Shown here: in pieces, positions 1-12,970 of the stretch | How the letters are laid out: each line of letters begins with the position of its first letter | Numbering within the stretch: the stretch's first letter is position 1 | Assembly: GCF_009914755.1 (NCBI RefSeq) | Contig: NC_060947.1 | DNA length: 64,000 bases | Origin: the human T2T-CHM13v2.0 reference genome, Homo sapiens | Reading direction: 5' to 3' (one strand) | Translations under genes and position numbers: made by a program | Notes under the pieces: model-generated | Told to the model about the DNA's origin: nothing | Seen by the model: only the letters and a program-made list of their open reading frames with translations | Database searches by the model: none

Positions 1-1
1 G

Positions 2-352
<351 letters not shown>

Positions 353-1682
353 TGTTGCTTTTCAACTTTTATGTATTTGTTGTGTTTTTTTGGTTTAAGG
401 TTACCATGATACTTGCAAATACTATCTTATAACTCATTATTTTAACCTGATGACAACTTAACACTATTTGCATAAACAAACAAGAAAAAATCTAATAAAA
501 GCACTATGCTTTAACTTGATCTCCCCACTTTTTAAAGTTTGTTTTTAATAATTATGTTTTATTATACTGTCTATGTCTTGAAATATCATCATAGTTATAA
601 TTTTTGAGTGTTTTGTGATTTAGTCTTTCTACTTGATTAGTTTTCACACCACAGTTACAGTGTCATAGTATTCTTTTTAATCTGTGTTTTTTCTGTGTAC
701 TTATGATTACCAGTGAGTTCTGTACCTTCAGATGATTTCTCATTGCTCACTGACATCTTTTTTTTTTCTGATGGAAGTACTCTCTTTAATATTTCTTGTA
801 GGACAAGTATGATGTTGATGTCATCCCTCAGCTTTTGTGCATCTGGAAAAGTATTTTTCCTTCATATTTGAAGAGTAATTTCACTCGATATACTATTCTA
901 GGGTAAAAGTTACTGTTTTGTATCAGCACATTAAATATGTCATGTTACTATGTCCTGGCCTTTAAAGTTTCCATTGAAAAGTCTGCTGCCAGATGTATTG
1001 GAGCTCCTTTGTATGTTGCTTGTTTCTTTTCTCTTGTTGTTTGTAAGATCTTTATCTTTGACCTTCGGGAGTTAGATTAGTAAATGTCCTGAGGTAATCT
1101 TTTTTGGGTTAAATCTGCTTGGTATTCTGTAACCTTATGAACTTGGATATTGATCTTTCTCTAGGTTTGGGAAGTTCTCTGTTATCTTTGCTTTGAATAA
1201 ACTTTCTACCACTGTCTCTTTCTCTACCTCCTATTTAAGGCCAGTATCTGTTAGATTTTCCCTTTTGAGGTTGTTTTCTAGATTCGGTAGGTGTCCTTCA
1301 TTGTATTTCTTGTTCTTCCTTTTGTCTCCTCTGACTATGTGTTTTCATATAGCCTGTCTTCAAGCTCACTAATTTTTTCTTCTGCTTGATCAATTCTGCT
1401 ATTAAAAGAATGATGCATTCATCACTATGCCAGTTACATTTTTCAGCTTCACAATTTCTGCTTGATTCTTTTTGATGTTTTAATCTCTTTGCCATATTTA
1501 TCTGATAGAATTATGTATTCCTTCTCTGTGTTATTTTGAATTTCTTCAAGTTTTCTCAAAATAGCTATTTTGAATTATCTGTCTGAAAGTTCACATAGAA
1601 GTATTTCTCCAGGATTGGTCTCAGGTGCCTTATTTAGTTCATGTGGTGAGATCATGTTTCCTTGGATCATCTTGATACATTT

Positions 1683-1972
<290 letters not shown>

Positions 1973-3980
1973 TCATCTTGATACATTTAGATGTTCATTT
2001 TTGTCTGGGCATTGAAGAGTTAGGTATTGTAGTCTTTACAGTTTAGGCTTGTTTTCACCTGTCCTTCTTGGGAAGGCTTTCTAGGTATTCTAAAGAACTT
2101 GGTTATTGTAATTTAGGCTGTTTGTGTTTTGAGCGGACCCCAAGCCCAGTAACAGTCATCCTTGCAAACACATACAGGTACCACCTTGATGGTCTTGGCC
2201 AAGATTCAGAAGAATTCTCTGAACTACCAGGCAGAGACTCGTGTTCTCCTCACTTACCTTCTCCCAAGAAAATTGAGTCTGTTTGTTCTGTGCCACCTGT
2301 AGCTGTGTGTGGAGTGACAAAAGAACCACTGTGGCCACCACAGCTAGAACTGCACTGAGTCAGACCTGAAGCCAAAACAGCACTGGATCTGACCAAAAGC
2401 CTGCTGTAACCACTTCCTGGCTATTGCCTAAGTTTGCTCAAAGCCCTGGGGCTCTACAATCAGCAGGTTGCAATGCCATCCAGGACTATATCTTTTCCTT
2501 CAGTGTGGCAAGTTCCCCTAGGCCTTGGATGGATCCAGAGGTGGCGTCTTGGTGCCAGGGGCTAGAGTGAAAAACCTTAACAATCTACCTGGTGTTCTAT
2601 TATACTGTGGCTGAGCTGACACTCAAATCACAAGAAGCAGATCTTTCCACTCTTCCCTCCCCTTTCCAAATGCAGAGGAGCCTCACCTCATGGCCACTGC
2701 TACCTCAGGCTCACAAGGAATACTGCCAGATTACCACCAATGTTTCCTTAAGGTCCAAGGGCTCTTCAGTCAGCTTGTGTTGAATGCTGCTGGCCTGGGA
2801 CTCACCCTTCAGGGCAGTGGCTCCCCTCTGCCCTACAGTAGGTCCAGAAATGCCATCCAAGAGCCATATCCTAAAATTAGTGACCCCAAGAGCCTGCTTT
2901 TAGCTCTATTCCCTTGTGGCCAAGCTGATACTTAAGGTGCAAGACAAAGTTCCCTTTACTTTTTCCTCCACTTTTCTCAAGCAGAAGGAGTCTCATTCCA
3001 TAGCACCCATAGTTGGGAATGTGCTGTGTCTCAGCTGAAGCCAGTAAGTCTCAATGTCTCACTCCTGGGCCTCAACATAACACCTGGTTTCACGGCTGGT
3101 TTATAAGGACCCAGGGACTCTTCAGTCAGCAGGTGATAAATCATGCCAGGACTAGGTTCTTCCCTTCAAGACAGAGGATTCCCTTCTGGCCCTGGCATAT
3201 CTAGAAATGTCCGAGAGCCAGGGCCTGAAAAAGGGGCCACATGACTCTCACTTGTTCCCTATCCTGCTGTGGCTGAGCTGGTACTCAAGATGCAAGACAA
3301 AGTCCTCCCCACTCTTCCATTTCCTCCCCTCAAGTGAAGGGAAGAGGCTTCCTTTGGAGAGATGAGCTGTGTAGCCTGGGGTTAAGGGAGGGGTGATGCC
3401 AGTACTCCCTTAGCCACCCCAGTTGATGTCTAAGATTGCACGTCTCCTCAGTCCACTGTTTCTGGGCTGAATTCAGCCCTGGGACTTGCCTGGGTGTTGC
3501 AGTCCTTGTGGCCTTGATGCCTTTCAAGTTTATTTTGGGTCCTAGGACACTTCAGTCTGTGGTGGTGAGACTTGCAGGAACTCATGTTCCAACCACTGGG
3601 ATTGGTGATTCCCTTTTGCCTAGAAGTGGTTTAATTACTCCTTCCATGGTCGGGTGCCAGCTGAGTATAGTCTGGTTTCGGTTTCTTCTATAAAAGGGCA
3701 GCCCTATGTTCAATACCTCACAATTGCTGGCTCACCCTCTCCCTAGGGCACAAAAAAGTTTTCAGCACTATGCTGCCAGTGCCGGTGGATGTGGGAGGGG
3801 TGACATCAGCAATTCAACACTGTTTTTGCTACCTCTTCAGTGCCTCTTTCAGCGAAGTTAAAACCAGGTACTGTGAGTGCTATCCTGAGTTTTGGTCCTT
3901 ATGAAGATTTTTTTTGTGTGTGTAGACAGTCGTTAAATTTGTGTCCTTGTGGAAGGAATGATCAGCACAGTCTTCTATTC

Positions 3981-3990
3981 CGCCATCTTG
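3981..3990 (-). promoter_or_regulatory. Intact YY1 motif (CAAGATGGCG) at the L1 5' terminus
   Basis: cgccatcttg on the + strand, at the position of the known L1 internal-promoter YY1 site. Confidence 0.6.
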
Positions 3991-4309
3991 CTCCACTCCT
4001 TCTCTCAGAAGCACTTTGAACTATAAATTTTGGTGTGTTTAATATTAAAGTTTTTTAGGAAAATTTGAACAGAAATGATCTTATACCAAGGAACAGGAAA
4101 ATTTTATTTGGTGACTTGGTTCATGATAGGGTCAAAACAAGATTGGTTCAGTAACAATTAGCAAATAAGCAAATCAGAAAATTAGCTATATACCCCAAAG
4201 TTTATAAAATAACTAGGTAATATGGCTGTATATTTTCATCTTTTATTTTATGAATACTTAGGAGAGATATTTACTGTATGGACAACAAACAATGTTATAA
4301 TGTTAGGGT

Positions 4310-4490
4310 GGCAGTAAAGCCTTAAAGTTAAGAACATTGTCTTTGGAGTCAAAGTTGTGTTGAAATACAGATTCTGCCACTAAGAATTGTTTTGCTTAGA
4401 GCATATTACTGTAAAATGGAGAGAATCATAAGTTGTTGTAAAAACAAATGTGACAACGTTATAAGTTATTTAGCCAAGTGCCTGCAATAG
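4310..4490 (+). mobile_element. MIR
   Basis: ctttggagtca...tctgccact...ctgtaaaatggag...agtgcctg core motifs. Confidence 0.7.
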
Positions 4491-5196
4491 CTGTAAGGTT
4501 TTTTAAACATACAAAGAATGATGAATAAAAAGGTAACCAGATTGAAGGAGATATCATTTTTCTAACCTATAGAGCATCCCTGCATACATTAGAAAAGCAT
4601 GTCCTCTCTTGGTGGATATAACCTTGAAAGTGCAGGATTGTTTCTTTGTGCAAAGCCAAATTCATTTCTTTCTGCAGGCTACAGTAACCCTGCATCAGAA
4701 TGCACAGTATGATAAGCCAAGTGTAAATTAGATTCCAGCCTTCATTTGCTCCATCTCCCAGGTGTCCTTACAGTGAAGAACTTATATAACTTACACTTTG
4801 TCTAAACTTATACCTTAATTAGATGTGTCAATGAATTTTTTTCTGAACAAACACCCTTTTCATGAAGGGAGTTCTGGGGAATATATTTTTCTGTATATCA
4901 TTACAATATTTTAGTGGAATAAAACTTGTTCAAAGTAAAGAGGAAAGAATTCTCTCCAAATTCACTATTCTATCAAGACTTAGCTATGGGTCTTACTCTA
5001 ATGTCCTAACATATCAAAGTAGTTTAGACCAAAATTCTGGTGTTATTCCTACTAGAAGAATATCAGAAACATGCCTATTAAAAGGTTAGACAGGATATCC
5101 CAAGTACCACATCCACTTTGCATATGTAATTTAAGAGTGCTTTGAGATATCAAGAGATGGAGTCTATCCTCAACTGGGAAGAACTCAGAAAAGGAA

Positions 5197-5432
5197 ATAG
5201 TATGGTATACTGGCTAGGAACATGGGTTTTGGAGTATAATAGGGTTGCATTTGAATATGGATTCCAGTCTGTTATTTAGTAGTAATTTGGCCGCCATCAG
5301 GTTTCTTTACCTCTCCGAGGTTTAGAGATTTCACCTGTAAATGAAGCTAATACTAACTTTGCAGAGTCGTTGTGAGGATTACAAAATAAACTATATAAAG
5401 AGCTGGCATACTGTAGTCATTCAATAAATGAC
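5197..5432 (+). mobile_element. MIR
   Basis: ttttggagt...cacctgtaaatg...gttgtgaggatta...ctggcata...tcaataaatg. Confidence 0.75.
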
Positions 5433-5495
5433 AGATATTTTTTATTGACTGTTGATGTATGTTCCTAAATACCTAATATCTATTGTGTTCTATAG

Positions 5496-5533
5496 TGGCC
5501 AGCATCCGACAAATTAGTTCAGCCTGACGATGG
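5496..5533 (+). other. Candidate 38-nt cassette exon
   Basis: Branch-like cctaat, acceptor tattgtgttctatag and donor TGG|gtaagc in non-repeat DNA. One open frame (WPASDKLVQPDDG), not recognised. Confidence 0.3.
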
Positions 5534-5914
5534 GTAAGCTTATTTACGCTGTATCAGGACCCTGGAAGGACTTTTAGACCTTTACTGTGCATAATTGGAT
5601 GAGACTCTTTCATGCTATTGAAAGAAATACTGACAGAAGGCAAATGTCAGTATCCTTGAAGCAAAGCAGGCGACTTATTTAGCCTGGGCAGCATGATATC
5701 AATTTGACTGTTTGCCATTAGAAGGGTAAGACATGTAACTGCGTATAAATCTTCAAGTATGGTGCTCTCGTGAACAATGCAAATCTATACAATTGCAGCT
5801 AAAATTTTAAAAGTATGTTTTTTATATCTACTACCAATACACAATGGCATTATGCTTCCAGGAGCCCTAAGTGATGCATAAACATTAAGCTATGCCTGTA
5901 CTTCATTCTCTTCA

Positions 5915-6010
5915 CAGAAAGTCAGGCACACAAGGAGGTTAAGTGATTTGCCCAAGGCAGTGTGTTGTGCCACTAACAGAACTGGAAATTGAACCAGAAG
6001 TCAGGCTCCC
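5915..6010 (-). mobile_element. MIR core fragment
   Basis: gaggttaagtgatttgcccaagg...gaactggaaattgaacc. Confidence 0.65.
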
Positions 6011-6306
6011 AGGTAATATAAAACCTAGATGAGAATGTCCTTTTGTTGTTGCTGGGTCTGTTGCTCATCCTTTTTCTCTTTAGACTAACACATCAACTAT
6101 ACTCCTTCCCTTAACTCTGATTCAGTGTTTGTATGGCTGTACTAAATCACTGGTGCTTGTTTTAGATGTTGACAAAGTGAGAAAGGAGGGACTACATTTA
6201 TATAATAAAGACAAATGGGATTGAAGATCAGTTCTCCAGAAAGTCAATGCGTTTTTCAAAATCTGAAGAAACTTGCAATAAGTCCTCTAGAAAAATTACA
6301 ATATGA

Positions 6307-6664
<358 letters not shown>

Positions 6665-7657
6665 TTAACCTTCTTTTTTCAGAACTACCATTTTGAGGGG
6701 GTATTGGAGATATCATGATAGAAGAATGGTTACTATCAACCAGCAGCCAAAAGAAGAGATCTTGAGATTTCAGTTGGTCACTATGATTACTAAAGCAAAT
6801 TGGCAGGAATTGAGCATAGTTAATTTTTATGATGTCAATAATTGTTGAAAATCTTCAGTAGTCAATACCAATTTTTACCATCCTTATCCTTAGAGAGGTG
6901 GGAAATCCATTTGGCAGACAATCTTGTAGTATAATCAATCAAAGATCATGCAAGCAGTCAATACATCATAATCATATTAATAATTTAAATAGCATGCTAA
7001 AACCTTCAACAGCAGGCTAAGGTTTACCGAAAACATTCCAATATATCATTGCATTGGATGCTCACAGTAGTCTCCTCAAGAACACAAAACATAAATATCC
7101 CATTTTATTTGTGATCTGTCTCAACACCTGACTAGCAAGTTATATAACACCTTACTAGCAAGTAAGAATAAGGAGTGATGTCTTCTTACCTATAGGTCCA
7201 AGGTACTTTTCATTATACTATGCTGCCAGAGAGGCTTTAAAAAGAAGCATGTCTGGAATACCGCCTATTCCTATTTAATAGATGGTGTACTCGAGATCCA
7301 AATAACATATTACTTCTTTACCTCCAGCTCTAGATCACACAGGTAGCCTCCTAGAGAGAGGTTATACTCACCACAACATGTTGATTTACCTTTAACAAAC
7401 TTTACTTTTTTCCTAACTCCATAGTTAATATGACCAGCACAAATCACTATGTATCTTTTTTTATTAAAAATATATTTTTCTTGAAAACATATTCTAATAA
7501 TGGAAAGATAACATTTTTCACACCAGGGGCTCTTATGATTTAAAGGACATCAAAAGTCTGCCTATCTTCCACAGATTATATAAACACCTGTTATAATCAC
7601 CTTTGCTCTCTTCCTCATTCATTATTATATTTCTGTATATGAGTCAGGAGTGGGATA

Positions 7658-7852
7658 ATGGTGTGCTGATAAACTGATTTTGGAGAGGGGGAAGGAAGGC
7701 TTGATTTGTACCATTTGATGATTTCTATTGTGTAAATATGTCTATCATGGTTGATTTCATTCTACCAATGAGATAGTATTGAACATAGAATTGAGAAGAA
7801 ATGTATACAAATCAGCTCTTGTAAGCTGGTATGAGTTGACTCTAGAACAACC
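7658..7852 (-). mobile_element. hAT MITE, MER63-like
   Basis: tggtgtgctg...tgatttgta...tgtaaata...catggttgatttca...gagaagaaatg...tcagctcttgtaagctggtatgag matches the recalled MER63A layout. Confidence 0.6.
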
Positions 7853-7909
7853 TGGAGAGGGAAGCTCGGAGTATCAAAAAATTGTGAGGACATGGACAGG
7901 CAGGGTGAA

Positions 7910-9390
7910 GCATGTATTCATTTATTCAAACATGTGCTCAGCACCTACTGTTTAACTAGGGTTCTGTTAATTGTTTGTGGAGGGGCGATATAGATAATAA
8001 CATCCATCATTTTTTGAGTGCATGCAATGTGTTGGGCAAAATGCTAAGCCTTTACGTACAGATCCTTAATTTATCTTCATGTTCCCCATATAAAATATAC
8101 ATTACCATCTTCATGTTTTAGATGAGGAAACATGCTCACTGAGACTAGGTGATTTGTCCTGTGAGTAAGTGGCTAAACCAGGAGTCTAGCTTATGTCTCA
8201 GTGTCTTCAAAGCACTTTATATTATGCCAAGCCCACACAGTCAGGGATTCATGGCATTCAAGAAATTCACAGTTTAGTTGAGACTATAGATAAGAAACAC
8301 AACCATAATATAGTGTGATAATATGAGAATATTGCAAAAGAGGATCAATTAATAAAGTGTAAAAGATGTTAAGGAAGGCTTCTAAAAGAAAGCAAATCTT
8401 AATTCATTAGAGTAGGTAGGAGTTAATACGGCATACTTAGGTAGGGAGGGCATTCCTGGCAGAGAGAATAGCATATGCAAAGTCATGCAGAGAGTGCGGG
8501 GGTTCTAGAAATTGCAAGTAGATTTGTACATTCTTCATTCAACAAATGTTTATTGAGTATCTACTATATTCTAGGTACTATTCTAGGCACTAGATATACA
8601 GCAGTGAACAAAACTTGAGATAATCCCTGTCCTCATAGAGCTCGCACTGTTTTAGGGACAGAGAAAAAAGTAACAATTATATAAGTAAATATGTTGAATA
8701 GTGACAAATACTATAGAGAAGTAAACCAGAGGAGGGGGATAGGATGTGTCAGGGTGTGGTTACAATATTATATGGTAGATGCCAGGAAGGCTGGGTCTAG
8801 GGTGAGGCAAAGGAAGTCATCAGAACACAAAACGTAAGAAGGCACTAATTCTCAGTAGCCAACACTGCACTTTCACAAGTCTGGGAGCAAATTCCTCCTT
8901 AAATTTTGTGCCCTTGGCACCTCGTTTCCCTCACTCTAATCCAGATCCTGGGTCCTGGCAAGTGATATTTGAGCAAAGACTGGAAGTAAATGAAAGGGCA
9001 AGACATTTTGACATCAGAAATAGAGGATTCCAGCAGATTCACAGCTCTGAGGCAGAGTTCTTGTGAGCGTTTGATAAGGCAAAGAAAAGGCAAGAGAGTC
9101 AGAACATGGAGAATGTTGCTTGCTAACTGAAGAATCTGATCTTTATCCTGAAGACAATAGTGAGAGGTGTTTAGTGGGTTTTAAATGGGATATGCTCAAA
9201 GCAAATTTTGCTTTAAATTTTAGAAATATCATTGTGGTTGGAGTATGGATGACGCAGTGAGTGAAGGGAGAATATTTACAAGGTATTTAAGAGGTAAAAA
9301 GAAATTAGTGACTGTAGAGGAAATGTGCTATTGAGGGAATTAAGATGAGCTCAAAGAGAGGATAGAGGAAGAATAAAGATGACAAATTGG
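7910..9390 (-). mobile_element. L2 fragments with a nested MIR (about 7995-8228) and MER96
   Basis: L2 3'-end motif cattcaacaaatgtttattgagtatctacta at about 8535 and a purine-rich antisense L2 body; MIR motif ttttagatgaggaaac. Confidence 0.7.
8788..8952. mobile_element. MER96 palindromic hAT-Tip100 MITE
   Basis: ctagggtgaggcaa...aaggcact...cctccttaaattttgtgccct...cctcactcta, with internal inverted symmetry. Confidence 0.75.
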
Positions 9391-9697
9391 CTTTTCCTAA
9401 AATGGTCCTGTGGTCAGCTTTCGTCCTTAAATATTTACACTATACAGAGAGATGTGAAAGAGTAAGATCTATGAGCAAAATATCATTTGAGTGGTATACA
9501 ATATCCACAGTAGCAGTTTTGTGTTTAAGCTAACAGGGCACCACGGACAACGCAAATGTCTTGAGAACAATCACACAATAATGTGGGTTATACTTCTTAT
9601 TTAGGATGAGAGATTGTTTCTTTCAATATGGCCTACTGTTTTTACACTATGTACTCATTATTAGGAATGGGCCACAGCAGGATGATAAATTAGGAAA

Positions 9698-9991
9698 TTT
9701 TTTTTGAGAAGGAGTCTCAGTCTGTCGCCCAGGCTGGAGTGCAGTGGCGCGATCTGGGCTCACTGCAACTCCGCCTCCTGGGTTCACGCCATTCTCCTGC
9801 CTCAGCCTCCCGAGCAGCTGGGACTACAGGCGCCCGCCACCACGCCTGGCTATTTTTTTTTTTTTGTATTTTTAGTAGAGACGGGGTTTCACCGTGTTAG
9901 CCAGGATGGTCTCGATCTCCTGACCTCCTGATCTGCCTGTCTCGGCCTCCCAAAGTGCTGGGATTACAGGCGTGAGCCACCGCCCCTGGCT
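9698..9991 (-). mobile_element. AluY
   Basis: ttcacgccattctc and ccgtgttagccaggatggtctcgatc diagnostics; CpGs largely retained. Confidence 0.95.
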
Positions 9992-10076
9992 AGAATATTT
10001 TAAAGACAAAATTAGAAGCTGTAAAAAATACAGAAAAAAGTAAAACTTCTAACAAGAATTTAAAAAAAACCCTTTT

Positions 10077-10078
<2 letters not shown>

Positions 10079-10117
<39 letters not shown>
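10079..10117 (+). repeat. (TG)n microsatellite, left part; the right part is at 10293-10313
   Basis: Direct read. Confidence 0.95.
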
Positions 10118-10292
10118 CACTTGAAAGATTCTCTCTCCAAATGCAGTCACATTCTGAAGTACTGAGGGTTAGGACTTTAACACATAAATTTGGAGAAAAA
10201 CAAGTTAGCTCATAACTGCAGCCCTTGCTAGATTATTATCACTTACCTGACCTGAATTCCTACTTCATAAAAAATTAATGGTCATCAACAAA
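10118..10292 (-). repeat. 175-bp inverted duplicate of 11413-11587 (unique flank plus first 100 bp of the MLT1B LTR)
   Basis: Manual alignment to the reverse complement of 11413-11587: 9 mismatches in 175, no gaps. Confidence 0.95.
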
Positions 10293-10729
10293 TGTGTATG
10301 TGTGTGTGTGTGTAGATGAATGTAACTCATTTAAGAAGGAATAAGGTATGGTTTAATCCTTTAGTACTTTTTCTAACTTTCAATCTTTTGATGTAGAACT
10401 TCTGTCATTTCAGGCTGTTTCTTGTTCTCTTTTTACAAGTGATGGCATTATATTCACGCTACACACTGTGGGTTTTGGGCTGTACATAAATAGCAGTGTT
10501 CTTTATTTTTACGAAAAAATATTTTATGGCATTGGATTAAAAATAGAAATGAAATATGTATCAAGAAATATTATACTGTCTTTGGTGGACATTGTGTTGC
10601 AAATTATATTCCTGTCAGAATGTTAAAAAATAGACTCAACTACTATATTAGTAAGGGGTCTTTGGTTATACAATAAAGAAGACCATGTTGCATTAGCTTA
10701 AACAAAATAGGGAGAATTTATTGATTCAC

Positions 10730-11385
10730 TTGATACGGTTTTTGTGAAAATTCAATCAAATAAGTTATGTAAAATATTTAGTTCACTGCCTGGCATATAG
10801 TAAATGTTCAATAAATGGTATTTGTTATCATCAGTATTCATTCAAGAAATATTTACTGATGCTTCACACCTGTACCAAGCACAACAATCCTATGAGACAT
10901 GTATTATTATCTTGATTCTACAAATTAGAAACTGAGCTCAGAACAATTAGCTGAAAGTCCCAAGGTCACACAGCCAAGTGAGTTACAGACCTGTAATATC
11001 AAATATTCAAGTTTATCTTCATGATATCGACTACCAAAAAAGGCTGGAGTTAGTGGAACTGAGAACATGGGTAGAGGATTTTGTCTTAAAAAACAGAGGC
11101 AGGGAAAAAGGATGAATGTGGATACGTTCCATAGTTGAGATGACAATATTGAAGCAATTCTCACTAATAGAAGGAAAAGAAAAAGGAATTCATATTTGTT
11201 TAATATTTACTTTCATCAGACACTACAATAGGTTCTTTACATTTAATATCATTTAATGTGCTCAATAATTCTATGAGACAGATATTATCATCCTTATTTT
11301 GCAAGTCAGGAAACTGAGGCTAAGAGTGTTTATCTTGACCAAGAACATAAAGGTACTACACAGCAGAGGGGATAAAAAAGCAAAT
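10730..11385. mobile_element. Cluster of MIRs (about 10730-10830 +, 10880-11030 -, 11190-11385 -) with an L2 tail
   Basis: tgcctggcatatagtaaatgttcaataaatg; gaaactgagctcaga...cccaaggtcacacagc; ggaaactgaggc. Confidence 0.7.
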
Positions 11386-12404
11386 TAGTTGACTAAATGA
11401 TGTTATCTCTATTTTGTTGATGACCATTAATTTTTTATGGAGTAGGAATTCAGATCAGGTAAGTGACAATAATCTAGCAAGGGCTGCAGTTATGAGCTAA
11501 CTTGTGTTTCCCCAAATTTATATGTTAAAGTCCTAACCCTCAGTACTTCAGAATGTGACTGCATTTGGGGAGAGAATCTTTTGAGTGGTAATTAGGTTAA
11601 AATGAGATAACAAAGATAGGCCCTAAGTCAATATGGCTGGTGTCCTTATAAGAAGAGGCAATTAGGACACAGAACTGTATTTGTACAGAGGGAAGACCAT
11701 GTAAAGACACAGGGAGAGGACAGCCATTCACAAGCCTAAGAAGAGAGGCCTCAGAAGAAACTAGCTCAGAAAACACCTAGTTCTGGATTTCTAGGCTCCA
11801 GGACTATGAAAAAAAAAAATTCTGTTATATAAGTCACCCTATCTGTGGAATTTTTATGGCTGCTCTATCAAACTAATACAAATTTTGATATTGGAAAGTG
11901 GGGTGCTACTGTAACTAATACATAAAAATATGGATTTGGCTTTGGAACTACATAATGAGTAGAGGCTGGAAGAGTTTGTAAGTGCATGTTAGAAAAAACT
12001 TAGATTGCTTTGAAGCTGTTAGAAGAGTATGGATGTTAAAGGTGATTCTGGTGAAAACTCAGAAAGAAAAGAGGAGAGGTATAGAGAAAACTTTTATTGT
12101 GTTAGAGAATACATATATCATCATGAAAATAATGGTTATATGAACATTAAAGGTGCTTCTGGTGAGGTCTCAGATGAAAATGTGTAACATATGACTGGAA
12201 AGTGGAGGAAAGGTGATCCTTGTTATACAGTGGCAAAGATCTTTGCCAAATTGTGTTCTAGTGTTTTGTGGAAAGTAGAACTTATAAGCAATAAATTTGG
12301 ATATTTAGCTGAGGAGATTTCTAAGCAGAATGTTTAAGATGCAATCTGGTTTCTCTTCTCTGCTTATGGTAAAATGTGAGAGAAGAGCCATCAGTTGAAG
12401 GATT

Positions 12405-12922
12405 TTTTAAAAATTAGTAAATGTTTATATTTTTCAAAATCATGTTATTGTGCATATTTAAGCTATATGACATAATGTTATAGGATAGAGAGAGTAAAAA
12501 GGTTACTACGGTGAATCAAATGAACACACCAATCAGCTCACCAAGATACTTATTTATTGTGTGTGTTTTTGTGGCCAGAGCTGCTAAAAATCTACTCATT
12601 TAGAAGGAACTCCAAATACATTATAATTTTATTATCTGTAGTTCTCATGTTATACATTAGATCTCTAGATTTTTTTCATCCTACATATCTACTGCTTTGT
12701 ATCTTCTGACCTACATTCCCCAGTTCCTCTTCCTTTGCTCCTAATAACCATTGTTCTCTATTTGTGTATATTTGATTTTATTTTAGATTCCACATATAAG
12801 TGAGGTAATGCAATATTTTGTGTGTGTGTCTGGTTTATTTCACTTAGGATGATGTCCTCCACTCTCATTCATGTTGTGGCAAATGGCAAGATCTCATTCT
12901 TTTTTAGAGCTGAATAATATTC

Positions 12923-12925
<3 letters not shown>
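12405..12925 (-). mobile_element. L1MA8/9-like 3' end nested in the MLT1B internal region
   Basis: ttttagattccacatataagtgag...tttatttcacttag...gctgaataatattcatt. Confidence 0.8.

Positions 12926-12967
<42 letters not shown>
12925..12967 (+). repeat. (TA)n
   Basis: Direct read. Confidence 0.95.
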
Positions 12968-12970
<3 letters not shown>

